A stretch of 64,000 nt of DNA, taken from the NCBI RefSeq assembly GCF_963921235.1, contig NC_086097.1, positions 129,148,001-129,212,000 of the forward strand, read 5' to 3'. The position numbers and the translations under genes were made by a program. Every line of letters begins with the position of its first letter. Positions within the stretch are counted from its first letter, which is position 1. Source of the DNA: Mobula hypostoma. Lineage: Eukaryota. Positions 11,137 through 23,610 of the stretch are shown one piece after another. The notes beneath the pieces were generated by a model that saw only the letters and a list, made by a program, of their open reading frames with translations, had not been told where the DNA came from and did no database searches.

Positions 11137-14100
11137 CTGAGGAACAAAAACACATATGCAAAATAACTCCTCTTATATGTCCCCTTTCCTCATGCAGGCG
11201 TTACCCTCACCCACATTAAACATGGGTCTGATTTTACATCATTTATGAGTGTTGTCAGAATTTCAATGACAATTTTTGCCCTTGGCATCAAAATTGTTAT
11301 GACACACCTATGCAGTTCAGTGCTGCAGGACTTTAATAATTAATTTAGCATAGACAGTTCCTTAATTCTCATGGACATAGTGGGCTGAAGGGTCTGCTTC
11401 TATGCTGTGTGACTTCACAACATTATATTTTCCTAAAGTATATGGCTCTGCCAGCTGTATTCTCAAAGGAGAGAGATGAGCAGAGATCAGTCACGGGCTG
11501 TTCCCTCAGATGCAAATGTTCAAAAGGGGACAATAATTTAAAACACAAAGGTGATATCAAAGTATGATTATGTAAATAAAGGTAGTGGGGAAAGAATTCT
11601 CTTATGCTAAACACGCAGTGTAAATGTTGGCAGTAGTAATTCATTGAGAAAGAATTGCTTTTTGCAATTATGTAACTTGTTGGAGTACTTTGAAGAGGGG
11701 TTGCAGTCATTAAGCATATTACAAAGGTTAAATACTGCAGATATTGGAAATCTGAAGTAAAAAGGGAAATTGCTAAAAATGCTCAGTATCTCAGGAAGCA
11801 CTAACAGTGAATAGTTCCAAGCTAGAACCATTTCTCATGTCATACGTGATCTCTGCATTTTAAGCTTTTATACTGTACCTGTCAGGTTAGTGTGAGTGCA
11901 GAGTCACATGATAGCTCTGAGTCAAATGACAGCCCACAGTCAAAAGTAGGTCCTGTCACATGAGGACCCAAAGTCATGGTTATCCCAGTCAAAACCAGAT
12001 GGGTAGATTTCCTTGTTAAAGGGCATCAGTGAGCCACTTGAACTTTTTATTATAAACCATGGCTTCATGATCAATATTGGCACTATTTTCTTACTGCAGA
12101 TGCACTGAGTTAACTTAAACAAACCCCTCTCAATTGTCACTGTGGCAAATGAATGCACATCTCCCATTCATTACGCTGAATCTCTGCCTGGCCCATGAAT
12201 TAAGTCAAACATCACACTACCATTGATGAAATTCTGCTCCAAAGAAACTGAATTTAAGAAACAAGTGTATAACAGACTCTGACATATCCATATTTAGCAC
12301 ACTGATAGAGAACCGGTTCCCAGATCACAAATGTGAGTAAAACTTTGGCAGACCTCTGATCTGCAACGGCAATGGCAGCTTGTCTTAAATTTAAGTGGGA
12401 TTATTTTAATTTTCCACTCTCAGCTCCATGCTTCACAGTCCAAATTGTGAAAGGCTGCTGAGGAATTCACCCCTTAAAGGTTAAATTAATTTGTTTCACA
12501 CCTTATTTGCTGAACTAAATTCATGATTCAAGTACATTGTTTAACATTAATTGCGAAAAAATATATAGAATCAAGTCTCATATAATTAGACTGTCATTAC
12601 TCGTAAGTTGGATTTTGAGCTCCGTAATTAAAATGAGAGAATACCATGTATCATCATATTCAAAACAGGATGATGTAATTATACACTTGTATTTCAAACC
12701 TGTTGTTTGCTCAAGTAATGCACAACCATTTTTACTTGTGGGTGCACAATATTTAATAGACATGACAGGCTGGGAAAGAACCCTCAAGGCATTTTTGTAC
12801 TTAATAATGGACAGAGGAAATATACTAATGAAATCTAATACCTCTGGAAAATGTGCAATAAATTATGCTATCGCAAAAGAGGTGGAATAATGAAAGACAT
12901 GTCCTTTTTGCAGAACCCATTGGCAGCAGAGTACAGTAACAGTGAAACAGACTATGATTATTGCAAGAGTAATCCCAGGAACACACTGCACTCTGCATTA
13001 CCGAAGTACAATATGACTGACATGTTGTTAAGAAAAAGCCGGGGTGAATAAACAACCTTCGTTGATGCTTTTGAAGTACTTTACACAGAAAACAAGAAGG
13101 CAGCAGCTTGACATTGCAGCGCATATAATTATTACAATTATTTATTGGTAATTATTCAAATGTGCTGCATGATGAAATAGTCTCAGTAATTGGGTTCTAC
13201 TGTTGTTCTAACACCCTGTCCACAGGAATAAAAGAAGTAGAAGCGGGGCTTGGCTAGTCTACCCTTTGAACCCACTCCGCCATTAAATAAAGATAATGGA
13301 AAAATTATTACAGACACTACCCATCCAGCAAACTGCCTTTTCCCAAAGCTCCCTGTGGAAAGTGCTATTAAGACAAAAACTTCACGCCATCTTAAAAGTT
13401 TCTTCCCCAGGGCAGATAATCAGATCAACTATTCCAGTTATCCCACTACTCCCCACCCCCATCCCCCGCTATCTATTACTTCGGTCACAGCACTGCACAT
13501 AAACACTTTGAAACACTTTTTCATAATGCTGTTTATGTTATAAATACAAGCTGGTATTTATGCACATTTTATTCAATATCCATACTTTTGATTTTATTTT
13601 TATATAATTCTTTATACTTCATAATTGTTAAATGTTATCTTTTAGTTGCATGAAGCACCACCACTCCATAGCAAATCCCTAATACATATTAATGTATAGG
13701 GTGAGTAAAGTTGATGCTTGATCTGAACGTGCTCTCAGATGCCCTTTCTGGGCATCACAGGCAAGGCCAGCATGTAGTGCCTATCCCTAATTGTCCTTGA
13801 GAAAGTAGAAGAGAAGGTGCTCCCTCCGTGCTGTTGGAAGCCATAATGTAGACCCAGCAACAATAACGAACAGGGATATTTCCAAGTCAGACTGTGGCTT
13901 GCAGATGATGGGGTTTTCCCATGAGCCTGCTGCCCTTGTCCTTGGGTCCTGGGGCTGGGAGGTGCTGTTAAAGTAGTCTAAGTTGACAGTTCACAATCAA
14001 GCCACAGTGTACCAGCTGAGGAGAGAAAGAAGTGGGCGAGAAGGTGGAGTATGGGGTTACAGTCATGTGGGCAACTTTGTTCTGGGTGGTATCAAGGCTC

Positions 14101-14794
14101 TTTAGTCATTGGTACTGTACTTCAACAGGAAATGAAACATATTCCACTAAACTCCTGACTTGTGCCAGGTAGATGGTTGAAGGGCTTTGGGAAACCAGTA
14201 TACGAGTTCATGCAGCAACCCGCTAAAAACATCTTGGCAGGGTGGGGGGAGGGTGTCACCATGAAAAGAGAAAATTAGCTTCCTCCCAAGTTCCAAAATC
14301 TGCCTAACATGAATCTATACAAATGGCTCCACCTCTCCAATGTCTAGCTACCCCATGAGGGTACGTAGAGATATGGGGAGGTTAAGTCATTGTATAAATC
14401 CTCACATCCCACCTATAACAGCACAACCAGAATTGAGTGCAAGAGCAGGATATTACAGGAATCAAGAGATATGAGGTTAATATGGAAAGCGGAGCCGAGG
14501 TAACAGGCCAATCGGTAGAGCAGCTGCCAAGGGCTCAATAATCCATTCCTGCTTCTACTTCTTAAGTTCTTTTATTATACTCTTACAGTTCTTAAGATTT
14601 ACACATCACCCAAGACAATGAAAACTACAACAGAAAAATGTTAATCCTTCCTCCTCAGCCCATTCCAATATTCTTAATCTAAAATGCTTAAGTCATGGGT
14701 TGGGCAATTGAAATGGACTTGAGTATCTGTAGTCCCTGCCTTCACCCGCTATGTCCCAAAATGCTCTCCAACTAACGAGAGTTAGGCCATTGGA

Positions 14795-17700
14795 CCATAA
14801 GACATAGAAGCAGAATTAGACCATTTGGCCCATCAAGCCTGCTCCATCATTCTATCATGATTGATTTATTTTCCCTCTCAATCCCTGCCTTCTCCCCCTG
14901 TAACCTTTGACGCCTTTATGAATCAAGAGCCTACTAACCTCCACTTTAAATATACCCAACGACTTGACCTCCATAGCCATCTGTGGCATTGAATTCCAGA
15001 GATTCACCACCCTCTTGCTAAAGAAATTCCTCCTCATCTCTGTTCTAAAAAGATGTCCTTGTATTCTGAGGCTGTGCCCTTTAGTTCGAGACTCTCTCAC
15101 AATTGGAAACATCCTCTCCAAGTCCACTTTATCTAGGCCTTTCAATATTCAGTGCGTTTCAATAAGATTCCACCGTCATTCTTCTAAACTTGAATGAGTA
15201 CAGGCCCATCAATTGCCCCTCGCATGTTACCCCTCTCACTTCCATAATCATTCTCGTAAAACTCCTCCGGACCCTCTCTAACACCAACACATCCTTTCTT
15301 AGATATGGGGCCCAAAACTGCTCACAATAGTCTTTTAAAGACTTGGCATAACATCCTCCCTTTTGTATTCTAGTCCTCTCAAAATGAATGCAATCAACTC
15401 TGGCCAGCTCCACTCTCAAGCTTTGTAGTTTCCTTTCACTCCACTATAATATTATATTATGTTAATATATATTATTTTATGTTATATTATGATCACTGAC
15501 TTCCAAATGTTCCTTTACTTTAAACTCTCTAATTAAATCTAGTTCATGACACAACACATCCTCTCCAAGTCCACTCTATCTAGATCTTTCAATATTAAAT
15601 ATGCTTCAATGAGATTCAACCCCCCCCCCCACCTCATTTGTCTAAACTCCAGGGAGTACAGGCTCAGAGCCATCAAATGCTCCTCACATTTTCATTTTCA
15701 TGATCATTCTCATTCTCATAAAGCTCCTCTGGACTCGTTGTAATACCAACACATCCTTAGATATGGAGTCCAAAACTACTCACAAATCTGCAAATGTGGT
15801 CTGACCGATGTACATTAAAGCCTTGGCATTACATCCTCACTTTTATATTCTAGTCCTCTCAAAACGAATACAATCAACTCTGGCCAGCTCCGCTCTCATG
15901 CCTCTGTAGTTCCCTTTCACGCCACTGTAATATTGATATATCCAATTTTAGCTTCTCCCTCTCAAACTGCAGGGTGAAATTATGATCACTGACTCCTAAG
16001 TGTTCCTTTGCCTTAAGCTCTGTAATCAAATCTAGTTCATTGCACAACACCCAATCCAGAATTGCCTTTTCCCTAGCTGACTCGACTCACGCTGCTCTTG
16101 GTGTAGGTATTGTATAAATCCCTTCTCTTTGGATCCAGCACCAATCTGATTTTTCCAATCTACCTGCATATTGAAATTTCTCATGACCATTATAACATGG
16201 CTCTTTATACATGCCTTTTCTTTTTTTTTCTTTTTTTTTCTTTTATTTTTTTATTTGGATAAGGAGTTCACAATTATCATGTACTTTTTTCACACATATA
16301 ACCTTTTCCATTTTTTTATATGTATAAAACTACAATTATTTATACATTCTTAAGTACACATTGAGATGATATAAAAGCAAAATAAACATTTAAATAGATA
16401 ATTATGTACTGTGGTAAATCTCTCCTGATGTAATTGGTACCCACATCCTGGCTACTGCTCAGACAAGTACACATCTAACTTCCATCAGGGTCCAGTTTCT
16501 ATCCACAAGGATTATATACTTCTGATCCTATGTCAATCCTTTCTAAGAATCTGACTTCAATTTTACTAACAGAACTACGCCACCCACTTGTCCTTTCAAT
16601 ACTATGTGTATCCTTGAATATAAAGCTCCCACCTACTATATGATCTTCTTTCAGCCTCAACTCAGTGATGCTCACAATGATATACCTGCCTAGTTCTATC
16701 TGCACTAGAAGATCATTTACTTTGTTACGTACATTGCACGCATTCAAACATAACACTTTCAATCCTGCATTCATCACCCTTTCCAATTTTGTCTCATTGT
16801 CAACTGAAATTAAATTCTTATCCCTTTCTAATTTGTTTTTGACTTATTCTTTATTCTACAGACTTTGTAACCTCTCCTGTACTCTCCGTCTCATTTACTT
16901 TATCCACACTTTTCCAAGCAGATCCTACCCCAACACCCTAATATGTAGTTCAAAGTCTTATCCCCAGTTTGTGATTTGCCAGAACCTTCATCCCAGCATT
17001 GTTCAGATGTAGCTCGTCCCATTGGAACAGCTCCCTCCTTCCCCAATACTTGTCCCATGAATTCAAGCTCATTTCTCCTACCCCAAAATTTCAGGTCACA
17101 CATTTAGCTCTGATCTTATTAACCCTGTACCAACTTGTATATGGTTCAGGTAACAATCCAGAGATTACCTTATTTGTTCTGCATTTTAATTTAGTCCCTT
17201 TGCTGCTCAAAATCCTTCAGCACAAACTCTTTTCTTGTTCTTCCTACATGGTTGGCAACAACATAGACTACAGTAATTGGATCTTTCCCTTCCCACTCCA
17301 AATTTCTCTGCAGGTCAGATGAGCTGTCCCAAACCCAGGCATCAGGCAGACCATACAGCTTTCTGGACTCTTGATCACTGTGACAGAAATTTGTCTATAT
17401 CTCAAACTATATAATTGCTAATTACATTTCTCTTCTGTACCCCCTCTTGAACGGTTCTTTGAACCACAATGCCATAGCTCAGTTGTCCTTCCTTCTACAG
17501 CTCCCACAAATATCCTCAGAGGCAGCAACAATCTCAGACCTGTTGGTCAAGCTCGAGGTCTGAGACCCCTCCAGCACTACTTCTGAGTTTCCCCCTACCT
17601 GCGAGTCTCACCACCTTGCCCCGAGCGACAGACCAAATCTGATGGTTGTGACTGCCTCCTGAAACACTGTGTCCTGGTAGCAGATCTCCTCCCTGCTGCA

Positions 17701-17830
17701 TCACAGTGTTTGAAGCTCAGATGACAGGTCATCAACTTTGAGCCTGAGTTTCTCGTGCAACCATCACTTGGCGTCGATGTGGCCACAAGCAACCACAATA
17801 GGGTCTACCAGCTGCCACATCGTACAGCTA
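14795..17830 (-). mobile_element. Decayed, internally deleted CR1 LINE with RT C-terminal, endonuclease and ORF1 remnants
   Basis: FFSKRVVNLWN, YCEQFWAPYLRKD and LCLNACNVRNK...ITE (endonuclease N-terminus); tail ccataagacatag. Confidence 0.9.
16216..16420 (-). mobile_element. Poly(A)-tailed retroposon 3' end (L1/Tx1-like) inserted in the CR1
   Basis: T-rich run at the left end (A-rich tail on minus strand); CR1 sequence resumes on both sides. Confidence 0.55.
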
Positions 17831-20429
17831 CAACACATCACCTGATCCTGCACCCCTACTTAATTTTCTGTTGTAATGTTGTACTTTTAACTAACTGCTA
17901 TATAAAAAAACAACTACCTGTTCTCACCTGCTACTCACCTGTACCTCCTTGCTGAAGCCTTTTGAGACAAAGCTTCAGATCTTGAACTCCTCCACTAGCC
18001 TACTCATGCAATGGCCGAACCAAAATGATCTCTGGGACCTTGGCCTCCACCTCTTCTCACCAAAGCCTCTTAAGCCAAAGCCTCAGCTCCCTATACTAAC
18101 TCTGTCCAACTTCAAAAATGGCCTTCTCCCACAGAATGGTCGCCCCATTTAAACCTCACGTCTTTTTATTGGCCAAATTAAAACACAGAAGCAACGAGAC
18201 TTGCTCTTTTCGAAGGTTCCTGCCCTCACACACATCACACTCTCGCTGTTCACACACAACAAGAGTTGTTCTTTTCATTGGCTCTCACTCTTGTGTTTTT
18301 TTACATATACAGTTGTGGTAGGAGAAACGCAGCAGGTAATGTGGGCACAGCAAGCCAAGTGGACGACCATTTTAATGAAGCTGATACTGGAGTTAGTTTA
18401 TTACTGTCATGTGTACCAAGATGCAGTGGAAACTGTTTTGAAAGATCATATCAATATATAAGTACATCTACGTAGTACAAGGGAAAAGCAGTAACAGAAT
18501 GCAGAATATACTGTCACAAAGAAAGTGCAAAGTAGGTAGACAATAAGGTACAAAGGAAAATGATGAAACAGACTGTGAGTTCATCACTGATGTAGAAGAG
18601 GTCCATTCGAGAGTCTGATAAGAGTGGGATACAAGCTTCAGCCTGATGGAACGGGGTGAAAGGGGTGGAAGGGATCTGTAATTATGCAGGCTCCTTTCCT
18701 GAGGCAGTGCAGAGTGTAGACAGTGAACGGAGAGGAAGCTGCTTCGTATGATGGAGCAAGCTGCGTCCACAACTCTGTAACTTATTGTAGTCACGGGCAG
18801 AACAGCTGCCATACCTGGGCAGAGCTGTGATGCATGTGGACAGGATGCTGTCAAAGGCATATATGTAAAAATTGATAAAGCGTCACTAGCGGCATTATGG
18901 ATTTCCTTAACTTTCTGAGGAAGTAAGTTTGCTTTGCTTTCTTGACAAACTGACCCAGATTACCTCCTGTTATTGTGTTGATTGGAGGATCGATATGGAC
19001 CAATACATCAGAGATCATTAAAAGTAGGTCCGTGAAGTCTGTTATTTTCATCTGAGAAGCTTCAACTTAAAACCTCACCCCAAATGGCAGCACCTCCAAC
19101 AATGCAATTCAGAACTGCACCATAACGTGAGTTGCACTGTAGCGCATGCTATGTGCTTCAAACCCAATGTACTTTTTATCAGGAATCAACACTTCAAAAT
19201 TACAGCTGCATCAGAAAGGCCATGACAGTATACTAAGGGTTAAATGGATGATTACTTTGTTTAGCATAATTTTAGAATTAATTCTTTTTTTACATACTGG
19301 GACTTGCATGATTGTGTGCATAAGTTCTGCGCTTGCCTCAAACATATTTGGTCCTTTGTTGTCGACTCATCCAAGTATATGGTAGTAAGTATATTCAGTG
19401 ACCAATCCTCTTACGTGCCCCTAGCTGCTGTGAGGAGGGGCATTTCTCTCATAAGAACTAAAGTTGTCAAAAAACAGAGCAGAAGTAAGCCAATCTTCTC
19501 CTCGTGCCTGTTCTGCAATTCAGTGAGATTACAGCTGAGCTTTTACCTCAGCATAGCTTTCCTGCACTAACTTCATATCCCTGGCACCCTGAAAATCTGA
19601 AAAGCTGTCAATCCCTGTATAGAATATTCATTTGCTGAGCTTCTTCTGTTCCCTTATGGACAACCATCTGGATGAAGACATTTATTCTCAACTCTGTCCC
19701 AAGCCGCTGAGTCCTTACTTTAAAATTATGAAGAAAGGACCCTGACCCAAATGGTTAACTAGCTTCTCTTTCCACAGATGTAGCTTGACTGGCTGAGTTC
19801 TTCCAGCATTTTTGTTTTTGTGTGAAGTTTTGGTTTAAGATGCCCCAGCCAGGGCAAACATTATTCGTAACTCTTCCCCTATCAAACTTCTTTTCAGTGA
19901 ACCACATATATTGTCCCATTAAACAGCATATCTTTTTTGTTTGGCTTAAAGAAATCATCCTATTACATCCTATAAATTAGTCAAAATCTACTTAATGCTC
20001 ATAAATTTTTCCAACAATTTACTGGCTTTTCAGTGAACTGGAGAAATGAAATGGTATGTTATGATAATTGATACAAGAATTAAAATGTGGGCCAATTTAA
20101 TTCATTTTTAATACCACGGTTTGCTGCAATGTTTCATAAGCTTCAAGAAAATGGGCAGTGAAGACATCGCTCTAATTTAAAATGAGAATTGGAACTAACA
20201 CTAAGTTTGATCTAACATATTAATGTCAGGTTATGAACAATCACAGATGTCTCACATATCCAAAGTAACATTTTGAAAATGCACTTTTGGTATTAACAGT
20301 ATTTATTCCCGCTTTTAGTAAGAAAACAAATTATAGTACTAAACCGTAAAAGTAGGCTAGACTAAAAAACGGTCATTCCCACCTCATTAAAGCGATTTGA
20401 AGAGAATATAATGACAAGAAATTACATAC

Positions 20430-20531
20430 TTAATTCACACTCATCTTCTGTGCCGACCTCTATCCCATACTGCCTTGGGTCTATTCCCTCATACATCTGT
20501 AGGTCAAAGTAATTTCTGCAGTATTCATTTC
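20430..20531 (-). CDS. OFCC1: OFCC1 coding exon, 102 nt, (G)NEYCRNYFDLQMYEGIDPRQYGIEVGTEDECEL
   Basis: Acceptor gtgctttccacag|, donor TTAA|gtatgt, phase 1 to 1. Contains GNEY.RNYFD and I.PRQ motifs of OFCC1. Confidence 0.9.
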
Positions 20532-21599
20532 CTGTGGAAAGCACACGAAGGAGGGGTCACTGATTATTAGAAGCACATGAACCAAAATGTTAATTCTAAA
20601 GCTGATACCAGTACAGCATGTCAGCTCCGCTCCCTTGTAAGTTTTAGATTCTGTACTTAATGATTTTCACACATTCACTGCCCCACTTATCAAAAATGGA
20701 AAGGTCGGAGAAGACAATCTTTGAAACCATATCATAACTTGAAGTTCGAGAAAAAGCCTTTAAATGAAGGAGGTTCAAAGGTTGAGTATATTTCTGCAGA
20801 TTTTTAACATTTATCTAGCATCAATGACTGAAGCTCCATCCATATATCAAATATATCCTTAAAGTGAATCATAACTACTCTAGACTTGAATTACAATCAT
20901 TCAATCCTGACACTTCCTTTCATAAACAATTCTTTCTTTTGATTCTTAGACCCATTTAACAGTTTATCCTCTTGGCTGGCTACTGCACTTCAATGCTGTA
21001 CATGATGAAGGAAATTTATTCCTTCATTAACTTTATAACTACCATCAGTCCTTAGACTGTGAGCCCAAACCCCTCATCATAGCACGTGTGCAATCGTAAA
21101 AAAAACCAGGGACCAAGATGATGTGATTAACTATTCTATATTTTTACGTAATTTTGTGAAGCAAAGGGTTTTCTTGTTTTATATTTATAATGACAAGAGA
21201 GGAGGCCATTCAGTCCACTGGGTCCATACGTGCTCCTTGACTGAGCAATCCTATCCATCCCATTCCTTTTTTTCCTGTTTCTCTGTCCGCCTGCAACTTG
21301 TCCCCTTTCACGCATGCCCATTCAGTCTCGTTTGACTTTTTTTGCCGTTCATCTACACTGAGAAGTAACTTACAGTTGGCAAAATTTGCACCTTTGGGAA
21401 ACAGCGATAACGTGTAAACTCCACATAGGCAGCAGACAAGGTCAAGTTCGAGCCTGGGTGGCTGAGCCTGTGAGGCTGCAGTACCAATTGCTACTTGAAA
21501 GCTCTTTAAAACTGCAGAAAGCTGCTTCATATCTGCACACATCCATTATTTTTGAAACTAACTGTATCTTGACCTTTATGACTAAACAAGAATTCTATG

Positions 21600-22800
21600 C
21601 TACTGCAGATTATATAATGAAAGCAATATAATTGAAATCAAACACCCTGAAACACAACTGATCAGAATTACTCATACACTATAAATGCCTGTCTTGTATA
21701 TAAATATAACTCCCAAGTTAAGATTTACAGTCGCATCCGATGAGAACAGCTCTGATATTTGACAGCTTGCTGTGGAGATCAGAACACGGTACTGTTCACC
21801 AAACTGCATACTACGAAACATCAAGCCATCATGCTGATGTCCCCTTGTTGCCTGGAGACGTGAAGGGGCAGAGCAAAGACAAATTTGGATGTCAAACTAG
21901 ATACCAATTGCCCTGAAATGGGCTAATGATAAGAGTGGAGCCGCAGAGAGAAAGGGCACAGGCTCTAAAATAAAGTCGCCATTTCCTCAGAGGGATCTTT
22001 CGGCAGAAAAGCAGCTGGGGTCAAGCAGGCTTTGTAGGCATAATTTCCAAAGTCCTGACCTCCGAATATTGTACAAAAGCAGGCAGATGTAAACAACCAC
22101 CACTTTCCACAGCTCAATAGTAGATTTGAAGGCAAATTGCACCAACTCTGTTATCGGGCACAGCTGAATTCCGGACATCAGTCATAAAATACATAACAGC
22201 AGTAAATAAGGGTTGTAAAAGTCACTTCGCTATCAGGGCTCAATAAAGAAAAACAGAGTGAAAATCCAAATGTTTTTAAACTTCATTTCTATATCTGTCA
22301 GCGAGTAACAAGTGCCACTGTGAGGCCAGGCAGCTTGATCCAGCTGGGAACTCCTTCAGATTGTGTTCTAATCAAAGGCTTATGTACTGTAATAACACCA
22401 CTAAGCTATTACATCTAGCACTGCTGTTCCTCCCTGTAGGAAATAGCCCTTGCTGTCTGTGCTGCAAAACAAAACAGTCTGCCCTTCCTCTGTCTGTCCT
22501 CTCTGCTTGCATTCAATTAAAAGCGATCTTATGTCCGCATCATTAGGTGTGTTACTGAGTTAATGCAGGAGTGGGTTTCCCCACATGAATACTTCATATT
22601 TTTTAAGTATCGCTGTGAACCTTGAGTCAAAATAAATGAGAATTAAAAGAAGTGTCAACTTCTTCACAATAAATAATTCGTATTTCTTGCCAATAGTTCT
22701 GAAATAGCATTGGGAGCTTGCTTGAAGATCAAAACTGCTGCAGATGGCAGGCAACATCCAAGGTAAAATAAACAATTAACATGTCAGATCTGAGACTCTT
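21600..22800. promoter_or_regulatory. Candidate intronic enhancer / conserved non-coding element
   Basis: Repeat-free non-coding island with TGTAAACAA, CAGATG, ATCAAAG, TGACAG and TAAT motifs. Support is circumstantial only. Confidence 0.3.
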
Positions 22801-23069
22801 TATCATGACAATGAAAGAAGGAAAACAACAGCAGACACAGGAGGAAAAGGATGAGTAAAGCAAAGGTGACATCTCTGATCGAGCAAAACCAAATGTGTCA
22901 ATAGTCAGTTACACAATTCTAGGTGTAATGTATTAACGAGGCTGAGGAACATGCCCTGCAGGTCAGCTGAACTGGTATCAAAACAAAATCAGCACCAAAA
23001 TAATGACATACAGAGATGGCTAGTGCCAATAAAAATACAAAGAGCAACTTACCTAAAATTGGCGAACTT

Positions 23070-23610
23070 GAAGTCAAAAGTCAAAGTCAAAGACAAAGAC
23101 AAGGTCATAGTTACATGCACACGTGTAATGAAAAACTTATTTCAGCATCACGGGCACATAGCACCAAATATACATCATTCATAATAGAACCACAAATTAT
23201 GCAAGAAAGAACACAATTAGAACAAAAACAAAATCCATTGTCGAGCAATGTGTTCAAAGTGGTCATAGTGTAGCTATACCAAGGTAACAACCAGGGCTGT
23301 GCAGTCCAGTTCAAGAACCAAATAGCTGAAGGGAGCAACTGTTCTTGAATCTGCTGGTGTGGGACTTCAGGCTTCCGAACCTTCTGCCTGATGGTAGCTA
23401 TGAGATGGAACGTAGAATTGTAATGAGGTGTTGACTTCTTGAAGCAGCACCTCCTGTAGGTATTACTGAATGTGGGGAGAGATGTGCACACGACGTACTC
23501 TAGAGTCCATTACTCTCTGCAGCTTGCATTCCTGCGAATGCAAAGTGCCATATCAGACCATGATGCAAACCTGTCAGGATTCTTTTAATAGTATGCAGTA
23601 GAAGTTTATT
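23070..23610 (-). mobile_element. Rex1/Babar-like LINE 3' fragment
   Basis: Same family signature as 28687-29310; tandem tail (tcaaag)n. Other copies at about 13300-13725(+), 18385-18960(-) and 33640-34130(+). Confidence 0.75.
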
